From positions 1 to 52,216 of the forward strand of contig NW_021833969.1 in NCBI RefSeq assembly GCF_006345805.1: a stretch of DNA of 52,216 nt, read 5' to 3'. Positions 1 to 10,460 of this stretch are shown here, in pieces. A program made the translations under genes and the position numbers. The notes beneath the pieces were generated by a model, which worked only from the letters and a program-made list of their open reading frames with translations, was not told the DNA's origin and searched no databases. Source of the DNA: Octopus sinensis (Eukaryota). Positions within the stretch are counted from its first letter, which is position 1. Every line of letters starts with the position of its first letter.

Positions 1-1
1 T

Positions 2-118
2 ACCCATACAGCGAACCGACTACAACGTTGGGATACAATATTGCTGTATCGTAATTTTACGATGCATTATATTCCGTCGAAGAAAATTGGTTACGCGGAC
101 TGTTTATCACGTTTAAGT
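2..118 (+). mobile_element. Ty3/Gypsy pol remnant (RNase H C-terminus)
   Basis: Frame from base 2 reads THTANRLQRWDTILLYRNFTMHYIPSKKIGYADCLSRL, matching the Gypsy RNase H end (RLQRW...ADxLSRL). Confidence 0.7.
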
Positions 119-733
119 GAGGGGGTATATACGCCACAGAATCCGGGAAACGGGTTTTATATGCCTATGGCTAGGAAAAGGCCTTTCATCTTTTTCATAT
201 TCATATATAGCCCCTGCGTACAACGAAATTCTCGTACACGCACACACATACGTTAAAACTCTATACACATACATACTAACGGATATATACTGTGATCACC
301 ATATCCGCAGTAAATGTACGCATATATCTGCATGTGCACATAAGCACTTTACACAGAGTTGCCTCCCCTCTTGCTCTTGTACGTTTCTTCTGGGTTGCTT
401 CCCGTCATTCAACCTCCGTCGTTTTCAGAATGACTTATCACAAACGCTTCTTCCTAAATTTACTCCTTCAGCTCTACTTTCTTTAATTTCAGCTCCTTAA
501 TCCTTGAGTATTAAGCTAACAATTACAGCATGTTTTTGCTTCTGCAGTTTTAGTATCGTAGTTCATGTTGTACCTGCGTCGATGTGTGTACGTGTGTGTG
601 TTTAATGAGGAATTAAACCCATCAATGCTTATGTCCCTTATATCTGGTCAGGTGAGTAATTTGAGAAACAGGAATGGATAAAATAAGTACCAGACAACAC
701 TGCCAGCTCACAGAGAGGGAGGGAGAGAGAGGG

Positions 734-777
<44 letters not shown>

Positions 778-780
<3 letters not shown>

Positions 781-797
781 TGAGCTGTCAGAAACGT
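778..797 (+). mobile_element. tRNA-derived SINE, 5' fragment of the split copy (includes TSD tcagaaacgt 788-797)
   Basis: aggtgagctgtcagaaacgt matches the head (gcgagctggcagaa..gttagca) of uninterrupted copies at 22158 (+) and 10905-11001 (-). Confidence 0.75.
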
Positions 798-816
798 CAC
801 CCCACCGTTTGACGTC

Positions 817-1900
817 TCAGACATGCGTTGAGGCTAAGGCATCTCTGGCACCACCTGGAAGGTGATAAGGTGTGGAGTCCGCTGGCAGGGGGATTTTTCC
901 CGAGACCGGCCTCCTAAGTGAATTTTAAACCCGGTTACATCAAAAGATGGAAACTGACTCCATGGCAAAAGGAGTGCCGACAGGCACTCACGCTGATCCA
1001 CAAGGCGGGCAAGGCCGGCTGCGGAAATACCACCTCGGTATTTTATAGAGGGCTGGTAGAGGCAAAAAACGACGACGTCCTAGGAGGGGCTCTGGGGTTC
1101 GACGAAGACCAGCTTACCAACCTGTTTAAAAAAACTTTCAGGTCGGGGTATTTGGATAATTTCCAAAGATCCCTGGCCTGGCAGTGCTACAGGAATGCTT
1201 TACCTGTTCGCGAGAAGTTATCGCGGCACGGAGTTTCAGTGCCACCGACGTGTCCAAGGTGCGAGTTGGACGATGAAACCGTCCAGCACGCTTTTGTTCA
1301 CTGTCGGAAGTTGTCCGACTTGATAAGTTACGCAGAACACGTGTTATCGCATCTGGGACGAGTACAGCTGTCGGCTGAGTCTATGATTAAGATGATACCG
1401 CCAACTGGACTCTCGAAGGAAGGTAAGGCATATTTTCACTGCACGGTTGCAGTAGTAAAAGAATGCATGTGGAGAACAAGAATGGAAGGAGCCGCGATAG
1501 GATCCTTTGTCTCCGGCCCCGGCTTGCTCACTTACTTCAGATATCATCTGAAGAGCAAAATGGGGCTGGAAAAGAGGATCTTACCACGGGGTGTGTATGA
1601 GAAAAGATGGAAGGAAGTGGAAAAAAAGGTGGGTGTCAGAAGCCCAGCTTGACCATGGAGGAAGGAGAGGAAATAAAAGCTGCGGGGCCTCATAAATTGC
1701 CGGGGTGTAAAAACTCCAGTGAGATTATAAGTTCATGTACTGTTGTTTGTTCTACTGGTCATGTAAAGGACATTTATGTTAGAATGAATAATCCAAATGT
1801 AAATGAAAATTTTTAAACGAATCTCTTAAATGTTTTTTGTATATATGTCCTGTATTTGTCCTTCTGTGTAATCGATTTTTATAATCATAATAAAGAAATA
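817..1900 (+). mobile_element. 5'-truncated Tx1/L1-clade element D (ORF2 C-terminus plus 3' UTR)
   Basis: Starts at RHALRLRHLW (same motif at ~9622 in C). ORF 918-1652 has WQCYRNALPV and the CPRC..ETVQHAFVHC zinc finger. Ends AATAAAGAAATA. TSD cccaccgtttg[a/t]cgtc at 801-816 and 1901-1916. Confidence 0.9.
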
Positions 1901-2089
1901 CCCACCGTTTGTCGTCGGTCGTGGTTTTTTTACGCTCTGTAAAATTCGGTAAAAAAGAAAAAAGGACAAAAACTGAATTATTTTTATTGCGGAATTTTGA
2001 ACGTCGTTGATGCGGTTTCGCGTTTCGCTGGTTCTGCGCGTTACACTTTTTCTGTTCGGGCGGCCGTTTTCGGCCTGTCAGACAGGGAA

Positions 2090-3451
2090 ATGGACGACCA
2101 CTCCCTAGTGAAGGAGTCGGAGGAGGAATGGATATTTGAGACCTTGTCGGAGACATCGACCTCTGAAGACGAGCAAATCGGTGATGTAAATAATGTGGAG
2201 ATAAAAAACAGGAAAACGTATGCAGGAGTTGCAAAAAAGAAGACGGCACAGGAAAAGGAAATAAACCTAGAAAGATTGCCAGGTTTCCAGAGGTATATGA
2301 GGAAGGACAGCGGTGAGGTCGAACTGGCACCACCACCAAAGAGAAAGGAATGGTACGAGAAAAGGACCATCATATACAGGGTGTTCGCAAGCGAAAAGAA
2401 AAAGATAGAAGTGGTGAATATGGAATGGATAAATGAGGCGCTAAGAAGAACGGAAGAGGAAATCGAATTTCTTTCGAGAGGTTCAAAATATGGTACTGTA
2501 GTGGTACAGTTCAAAAGTGAGAAGGCAGCAAGGAAGATGGCGGCGAAGGTGGTGAAATCCGAGAAGGTAATACTTTTGCCTACATATCTAAATAGAAAAA
2601 TTACTAGAGCAAGGGTCGAGGGAGTGCCCCCAAACGTTGAGGCTGAGTGGATAGTGGCGGCTGTGATTAGCGGCCACGAAGCGGAAGTGGACATCCTCCA
2701 TGCCTCGGTTAAGACCGAGGGCTGGAGGGGCGTGACAGTGGAACTGAATGTGCAGGCAGAGAACGAGGTACTGGTGGACCTGGCGGAAAGCATCAGATTG
2801 GGAGACGTGATCATGAGAGTGTGGGTGGAGGGCAGGGCGCCCAGGTGCTATAAGTGTGGCCTGAGGGGTCACATAAGAGCCTTCTGCCCTCCCCCACCAA
2901 GAGAAAAGGAAATTGTTGCGGAACCCCCAAGGGAGGAAGAAAATAAAGAAGAGATCCAGACAGAGAAGGAAACGACAGAAGAAGAGATCCAGCAGGAGTG
3001 GGAAGAAGGAAGGAAAAAAAGAAAGAGAAGAAGGAGAAAGGCGAACAACACGGTAAATCAATCCATCCCAACACCACCCACACCCTCTGAGTCCCACCCT
3101 ATCCCTGCAGACAGTGAACCCACCCGCTCCCCTCCAACAAGAAAACAAAAAAGTAATACACACAGACAAGAGACTGAAACCGAATCCGGGCGCTTTGTTC
3201 TGTGTAGGTTAAAAAAAGAAAGAGAGGACATAAAAGACATATTAGAGGGTTATCCAGGGTATGAAAAGGGGGACTGGAAATATGCAATGGTGAAGAGGGA
3301 AGAAATGGATGAACTGTTAGTGTGGTGCGAAAATAGAAATGTGAAGGTGGAGGAGTGGGCAGTTGGGGATAAGATAAAGAATGTTTTTAAAAAAAGATAT
3401 GCGATGGACTTGGAGAATATGTTTATTGAAATTGGGGAGAACAATGGATGA
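2090..3451 (+). CDS. Intact Tx1-type ORF1 protein (453 aa) with CX2CX4HX4C zinc knuckle, element A
   Basis: ATG at 2090 aligns with the ATG of copy B. Knuckle CYKCGLRGHIRAFC. Core aligns with ORF1 of C (RGxKxGTVxVxF, VPPxVE, VEGRxPRC). Confidence 0.85.
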   Translation: MDDHSLVKESEEEWIFETLSETSTSEDEQIGDVNNVEIKNRKTYAGVAKKKTAQEKEINLERLPGFQRYMRKDSGEVELAPPPKRKEWYEKRTIIYRVFASEKKKIEVVNMEWINEALRRTEEEIEFLSRGSKYGTVVVQFKSEKAARKMAAKVVKSEKVILLPTYLNRKITRARVEGVPPNVEAEWIVAAVISGHEAEVDILHASVKTEGWRGVTVELNVQAENEVLVDLAESIRLGDVIMRVWVEGRAPRCYKCGLRGHIRAFCPPPPREKEIVAEPPREEENKEEIQTEKETTEEEIQQEWEEGRKKRKRRRRKANNTVNQSIPTPPTPSESHPIPADSEPTRSPPTRKQKSNTHRQETETESGRFVLCRLKKEREDIKDILEGYPGYEKGDWKYAMVKREEMDELLVWCENRNVKVEEWAVGDKIKNVFKKRYAMDLENMFIEIGENNG

Positions 3452-3626
3452 TAGGGTACGAAGGACAGGTAAGTGATGCTAGCGGATGGGGCCGTTAGCA
3501 TTACTTTCATAATATCATTTTCAATATTCATTTTTCATTCTTTGTAATTGTGATGTTCTATGTCCCCAATGTTTGTAGTGTCCCATCTGTGTAGCCCCTC
3601 GTGGGTAATAAAGAAATCAGAAACGT

Positions 3627-5300
3627 CAGCTGTGCGTTTGACGTCGGTCGTGTTTTTTTTACGCTCTGTAAAATTCGGTAAAAAAGAAAAAAGAACAAAA
3701 ACTGAATTATTTTTATTGCGGAATTTTGAACGTCGTTGATGCGGTTTCGCGTTTCGCTGGTTCTGCGCGTTACACTTTTTCTGTTCGGGCGGCTGTTTTC
3801 GGTCTGTCAGACAGAAGGAAATGGACTATGAGACCCTATCAGACTTGTCCACGACTGATGAGGAACTGGAACAGGCAGTGAGAATGAAGCTGAGTTATAC
3901 CTATGCCGGAGTGACCAAGAAGGCGGAAGAGAAAGGGGTAGACTTGGCCAAGCTGCCAAGTTTCCAGAAATATATGAAGAAGGACAGCGGTGAGGTCGAA
4001 CTAGCACCGACACCCAAGAGAAAAGAATGGTACGATAAAAGGACCATCATATACAGGGTGTTCGCAACCGAAAGGAAGAAGATAGAAGTTGTGAACATGG
4101 AGTGGATAGAGGAGGCGCTAAGAAGAACGGAAGAGGAGATTAATTTTCTGACGCGAGGGTCAAAGTATGGTACTGTAGTGGTACAGTTTAAAAGTGAGAA
4201 TGCAGCAAGGAAGATGGCGGCGAAGGCGGTGAAGTCCGAGAAGGTAATACTTTTGCCTACATATCTAAATAGAAGAATTACAAGAGTAAGGGTCGAGGGA
4301 GTGCCCCCAAACGTTGAGGCCGAGTGGATTGTGGCGGCTGTGATCAGCGGCCACGAGGAGGAAGTGGACATTCTCCATGCCTCGGTTAAGACCGAGGGCT
4401 GGAGAGGCGTGACAGTGGAACTGAACGTGCAGGCAGAGAACGATGTACTGGTGGACCTGGCGGAAAGCATCAGATTGGGAGACGTGATCATGAGAGTGTG
4501 GGTGGAGGGCAGAGCTCCACGTTGTTACAAGTGTGGCCTGAGGGGTCACATAAGAGCCTACTGCCCTCCCCCAGTGAAAGAAATGGATTTCGAACCACAG
4601 AGAGAGGAGGAAAAGGAGCAGAAACCAGAGGAGAAGGAGACAGTAGAAGAGGAAGAGAATACACAGGAATGGAAAGAAGCTGGGAAGGAGAGGAAGAGGA
4701 GAATAAGAGGAAAAGAAAATGACATAGAACACCAATCCATCCCAACACCACCCACACCCTCTGAGTCCCACCCTATCCCTGCAGACAGTGAACCCACCCG
4801 CTCCCCTCCAACAAGAAAACAAAAGAAAAAAATAATACAGACAGACAAGAGACTGAAATCGAACCCAGGCCGAACATTTGTATTATGACAGAACAGAAAG
4901 AAGTTAAAAGGCTAATGGAAGAGTATAAATGGTGTGAAGTTGGTGAAACCAGGTATGCTGTGATTGAAAAGAAGAGAATAGATGAGTTTGTGTTTAGGTG
5001 TGAAAGGGAGAATTGGGAGGTGAAAGACACAAGAATGAGCGATGAATTCGTGGAAAATATGGAGGAGTATTTCGGAGTAAGAATGGATATGGATGGTCTT
5101 CGTATTGGGAATGAACATTTCAGTGACAGTGAAAACCAAAGGACAGGTAAGTGATGCTAACGGATGGGGCTGTTAGCATCGCTTTCATATTATCATTTTT
5201 TCATGTAATAATTCATTCTTCATAAATTTAATTATAATGTTCTATGTCCCCAATGTTTGTAATGTCCCTTCTGCATCGCCCCTTGTGGGTAATAAAAAAA
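3627..5300 (+). mobile_element. ORF1-only non-autonomous Tx1-like retroelement, copy B
   Basis: Flanked by tcagaaacgt (3617-3626 and 5301-5310). 5' UTR nearly identical to A. Same ORF1-plus-3' UTR layout with no ORF2. Confidence 0.85.
3821..5154 (+). pseudogene. Tx1-type ORF1 of element B, one frameshift in the A-run at ~4821-4832
   Basis: ORF 3821-4888 carries the CCHC knuckle. The shifted frame resumes NTDRQETEIE (A has NTHRQETETE) and runs to TGA at 5152-5154. The frameshift could be a homopolymer sequencing error. Confidence 0.8.
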
Positions 5301-5352
5301 TCAGAAACGTTAGCACGCCGGGCGAAATGCGTAGCCGTATTTCGTCTGCCGC
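5301..5352 (+). mobile_element. tRNA-derived SINE, middle fragment of the split copy
   Basis: tcagaaacgttagcacgccgggcgaaatgcgtagccgtatttcgtctgccgc is colinear with intact SINE copies in the window. Confidence 0.85.
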
Positions 5353-5513
5353 ACATGTGTTCGTGGTAAGAATTGCTGTTTATTGGTGTTAATATTGTTA
5401 ATATCTGTTGTTTCTTGTTAAACTGTTGAATAACTTAACTGTTGGAGTTTTCAATTGAAAATACTTAGTGCTTGTGGTAGCACGCGTTGTTCATTCCCCC
5501 TTTGGGGGGAAGA

Positions 5514-7043
5514 ATGTCGTCTAGCATGGAGCCTACCGTTGGAGCAGAAATACTTGTTTCTCCTGTTGAGAGGAGGAAATACATGTCCGGCGAGGAGCCA
5601 ACTACAGACAAGGAAATATGGGTTTGCCCCGCTACAAGAAGGAATAGCAGAGAGGATAATATATTTGATATTTTTGGAGATGTGTCTGAGAGCTCGTCAG
5701 AACTTTCACCAGAAGAGTTTCCGACTTTGCTAGAGAACAAAGGCATTGTGTCGAAGAGAATAATTGATGTACCTAGCATCCAGATAGAACCAAAAAATAG
5801 AAAAAAAAGTTTTGCGTTGGCTGCTGGGGGTGGAACCCGGATACTGTCGACGAATAAAAGCGACTTTATGAAATACAGCCAAATGATGAAAATAACTGAC
5901 AACGGTGTGAAAATTGAACCTCCGCAAAAGTTATTACAAGAAGAAAAGCAAGAAACAATAATTTTCAAAACATATTGTCTACAAAAAAGAAAAATTGAAA
6001 GAATGTCAGAAGAGAAAATAGAAAAGTGCTTAAAGCCAATATGGGGCGACGTAGTATATCTGAGAAGAGGAAAAAAATTCGGAACGGTGGAAGTAAGGTT
6101 CACCAATAAAGAAATAGCACACAAGAACTCAATTGAAACGCTGAAAACGAACGACGTGGAGCTCATCCCCTATTATATGGGGATGAGGACGTCGAGAATA
6201 AAAATTACAAGGGTCCCGCCAGAGGTCGAACCTATGTAGTTGTTGGCGGCAGTCCTAATCAAAGAGGTAGAAAAAATTACTCTCCTCCAGGCTACCGCTA
6301 CGGAAAACCCACGCTGGGATGGTCAAACAATTAATCTTCTCATTCAAGCGGACCCTAAAATAATTCAAGCTATTCCCGAGACAATTGAGGTAGGGGAGGA
6401 GAACCTCGTGGTGTTTGTTGAGGGCCGAAAACCTCGATGTTTTTTATGTGGTCAATTAGGCCACATTCGAAGGAACTGCAAGGAAAATGAAGAAGAGGAG
6501 GAAGAGGAGAAAAAAGACAAAGAGGAAGAAGATAAAGAAGAAACAGATGAGAAAAAAAACAACAAACAAAAGAAAAATACAACCAGCAACCCAGCCGAGA
6601 GCGGCGACTACTACAGAACAACGACCAAAAAGACTGCCAGAAGAGAAAAAGAAGAAAAAGGCATAATAGCCGTATACACTAAAGATACTGAGCTCATGAG
6701 AGACATTCAACTCATAAAGACTGTAAAAAAAATTGATAACCTTTCAGAGGAATTTATCAATTACGACATATATGAAGTCTCAAATAAGACTTATAGAATT
6801 CCACAAAATAAATACAGAAAGACTGTATCTTCATTGAGATTAGATTTTAACAAGTCGATATTTCATGGATTACCAGCTCCGATCCCGCGAGAAAAGGAAA
6901 AGGTGGAGATTCCCCCTCCACCTGATAATTCTGTGTCGGTGGTGAGACGGGATTTTGACAAATCTATTTCCCAAGACCGTCCACCTCCGATCCTGGATCA
7001 AAAACAGGTGGAGGGTCCCCCTCCACCGGACAATCCTAATTAA
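5514..7043 (+). pseudogene. ORF1 of element C with one premature stop (6237-6239)
   Basis: ORFs 5487-6239 and 6240-7043 share a frame. The TAG aligns to the W of EAEWIVAAV in A and B. Knuckle CFLCGQLGHIRRNC. Confidence 0.85.
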
Positions 7044-7054
7044 ACAGGTAAGTG

Positions 7055-10000
7055 ATGGCTATTCACATTGGTTGTTTAAATGTTCATGGCCTGTTGTCAA
7101 GCTGGAAGCAAGGACGCTTTCTGAATGACATCAGGTCGAGAAATTTGGATGTAATTGTTGCAACGGAAACCCGGGTGAAGGGGCCAAGAGATCTGCTCCC
7201 CCTCCTGAACGGCTACGAGAAATACGTTTCTCCGAGTCGGGCAGGAGGTGGGGGTGGGGTGTTGGTCCTACTAAAAAGAAACCGGGTAGCCGAGAAAAAG
7301 TTGGTTTTTTCTGACCCAGAAGGCAGGCTGGTCGTTCTCGACTTGACATTCAGTTGTGGCAAGACAATCAGGCTGGTCGCTATTTACGCACCAAACATTA
7401 TTGGCCCGCAAACTGAATATTTTCGTGGCCTAGGAAAGTTCCTAGCCACGTCGCATTCACTAGTAGTGTTAGGAGACTCTAATACAATATGTGCAGCACA
7501 CACAGATTGTGTTGGCTCAAACTCGAACATGAACAGAAAATGTAACCCAGGCTTTCGGGATCTGCTAAGTCAATTTCAGCTAGCAGATCCATATAGGTTG
7601 GAGCACCCGAACATTCCACAATGGACGTGGTCAAATAGTGACGGGTCTACCAGAACATATCTAGATAGGATTTTAATTAGAGAAAAAGATAAGTCCATAG
7701 TTGAGTGTCCACAGTTTTTTCTAGTCAGCTACAGTGACCACAAGATGGTTACCTGTAAACTGACGGTAGATAAGTTGCATAGACAGGGATCTGGCTACTG
7801 GAAACTCAATACGTCCCTTTTGGCGATTGAGGAGTACAGAAAGCGGATCAAGATGTTAATACAGAGGCATTAACAGGTACCATCATTAATAACAAATGGT
7901 GGTACGCCCTAAAAAGAGCCATCAAATATGAGTCTATTAGGTTTAGCATAAGTTTAGCTAAGAAGGGACGTAAAATAGGAGATGGTCTAGTTAAGGAACT
8001 AGAAGAAGCCTGGAGGACTGGTAATACAGACCAAGCGAGGGTGAAAAGAATGGAGTTAAACCAGCATCTTGAAGCCCACCATATGGGAAGTATTACCAGA
8101 GCTAAGTTACGTGCAATGGGAAGTGAAGGAATCAAAGCCGCTGGATGGGCCCGAGTGGTGGAAGCTCGGCAAGGAAATAGTTCTTCTATTCGGTCTTTGA
8201 CGAATCAAAATGGTGTCTTGATAAACGAACCCGAGAAAATGTGTGAGGTCTTTCGGGAGTACTTCGCCCAGCTGTTCGGGGGTGACGGCGGTCCTGGTGG
8301 TGGGAGAGCCCTAGAGGACTTTCTTACCGGGCTGCCGTGCCTCTCGGGGTCGGATGCGGAGTCTTGCGAAGGGCCAATCACACCTGAGGAGGTGATGGAG
8401 GCTTTGGCCGATTGTAAAGCGGGTAAGTCACCGGGACTTGATGGTCTTCTGTACGAGCTATATAAATGTATGCCAGACTTGTTCGGGCAACTACTGACTG
8501 ACGTGTACGCGAACTGGAAACAGAATGGGTTTATCCCCAGATCTGTGCGCCGGGGAGTAGTGACGTTGGTCAGAAAGGACCCGGACAAGGGGGACGTTCT
8601 AGAGAATTTCAGGCCCATCACTCTGTTAAACGCAGAAGTGAAGATTTTGGCCAAGGTTCTAGCAAAAAGGTTGGCGCGTGTCGCGAATGGTATAGTCGGG
8701 GAGGCACAGACATGTGCCATCCCAGGCAGAACCATTCAGGATACCCTCCATCTTATTCGCTATACCATAGAGAGGTTTGGTAATAAATCTGGCAAAGGGG
8801 GGGGGCATTGGTGCATTTGGACCAGTCTAAAGCTTTTGATAGGGTTGACCATCGATACCTAGCGACTGTACTTGCGCGGTTTGGCCTGGGCCTTGGCTTC
8901 CTCAGGTGGTTTATCGCTTTGTACCACAACATTGACTCGATAGTTCGGGTGAACGGTTTCCTTTCGAAGCCGTTCTGCATCAGACGCTCGGTTCGTCAAG
9001 GATGTCCGCTTTCACCACTTTTGTATGTGATGGCTCTCGAGCTATTACTGCAAAGGTTGAGTGGCATCCCGAGAGAACCAGGACTAGAGGAGTTTGTTAC
9101 GGCTTTCGCGGATGATATCACTATCAGTGTAACCACAGTGGCACGCCTACGTGAAGTAGGTAAGACTATTGAGGCTTACGAGGAGGTAGCAAGAGCAAAG
9201 ATTAACCGGGAAAAGTCGGTCGGCTTGCAGCTCGGCACCTGGGTTGGCAAGTCGATGCCTTCAGACAGTGTTGTTAGGCGCTGGACGGAGGGACCGGTTA
9301 AGTTGCTGGGAGTCTGGTTTGGACCAGGCCTCCAGATAGAGAAGAACTGGACGGAGGTATTGAGCAGGGTGGCTGCAGTAGTCAAGACCTGGTCTTGGCG
9401 GTGGCTATCCCTGAAAGGGAGGGCGGAGGTGGCCAATGTGTTTATCGCATCGGTCATTACCTACCGCCTGACCGTCGTGCTCTGTCCGGATTCGTGGTTG
9501 ATCAGGTTGGAGAGACAGCTCTTTCGCTTTTTGTGGAAGGGCAGGTCGCCACTTGTGAAACGCTCTGTCTGCTGTCAAAAGCCTTTAAAGGGAGGTTTAG
9601 GGAAGCCTTGGTTAATGATGCGCAGACATGCGTTGAGGTTGAGGCACCTCTGGATTCTCCTGGATAGTGAACGGGTGTGGTCTCCGCTAGCCAGACAAAT
9701 GTTCCCTGAGTTCAAGAGTTTTTGCGAACAGGAAGCCTGGTGTTCTCGTAGACCGAGGTCGAGTGAGTGGCATAAAGAGTGCCGTAAGGCCCTCTTGCTG
9801 TTCCGGCGCTCGGGCAACGCCAGCGGTGGGGGTTCCACACGGATTTTATATAGTGGGTTGGTAGAGTCTGAACGGGACGATGGCCTTGGGTCGACTCTAG
9901 GTCTCGGATTTATTCAACTGGACAGCTTGTTTCATCGTACATTCGGGTTGAGAACGTTGGACAACTTCCAAAAGTCCTTAACCTGGCAATGCTACAGAGG

Positions 10001-10460
10001 TGCCTTGCCCGTTTGGGATAAGCTCGCAAGACATGGTAAACGTCAGTCGCCGACCTGTCCAAGATGCGGGGGGGGGGGCAGGGAAACCGTCCCTCACGCT
10101 ATTGTTCAGTGTCCGGAGATAACTGAAATGTGGGCTTATGCTGAACCTCTGTTGTCCGGCGAAGGAAGAGTACGGCTGTCGACTGAATCAATTATAAAAA
10201 TTGACCCAGCGGGAGTTCTAACGAACGAAGGTGAGAATTGTTTTCTCACGGTTGTAGCAATAGCAAAAGAGGCAGTATGGAAGACTAGGATAAAAGGAAT
10301 TAAGACAGGCAACTTTATCTCTGGTGACAATTTACGATCCTTTTTTTCTTTTCATTTGAAAAGGAAACTGTGGCTGGAGAAGAGGTGTCTGTCAGAGTGT
10401 ACGTTCCAAAAGAGATGGAAGTATGTTGCACGAGTGCTGTGCGTGCAAGGAACCGTGTGA
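7055..10460 (+). pseudogene. ORF2 of element C (APE endonuclease, RT, C-terminal CCHC); frameshifts at ~7865 and ~8797-8805
   Basis: APE motifs GCLNVHG, ATET, GDSN, LDRIL, SDH. YWKLN linker. RT motifs KSPGLDG, FRPITLLN, DQSKAFDRV, VRQGCPLSP, FADD. C-terminal CPRC..ETVPHAIVQC. Confidence 0.92.

Larger units (their letters stand above)
798..3616 (+). mobile_element. ORF1-only non-autonomous Tx1-like retroelement, copy A (interrupted by element D at 817-1900)
   Basis: Flanked by tcagaaacgt (788-797 and 3617-3626). Contains a 5' UTR, one gag-like ORF and an AT-rich 3' UTR ending AATAAAGAAA. No endonuclease or RT coding sequence. Confidence 0.85.

Noticed and set aside
119-650. Possible LTR after the Gypsy RNase H fragment
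   Set aside because: No second copy, clear TG..CA ends or primer-binding site can be seen in the window.
2041-2814. Long antisense ORFs in A (2041-2814) and B (3901-4491), and others antisense to LINE ORFs
   Set aside because: The sense strand is T-poor, so antisense stops are rare. The peptides are low-complexity shadows with no motifs.
3466-3474. Idea that A and B are spliced (processed) copies of a full-length element using this donor
   Set aside because: Splicing would remove GTAAGT, but both copies retain it.
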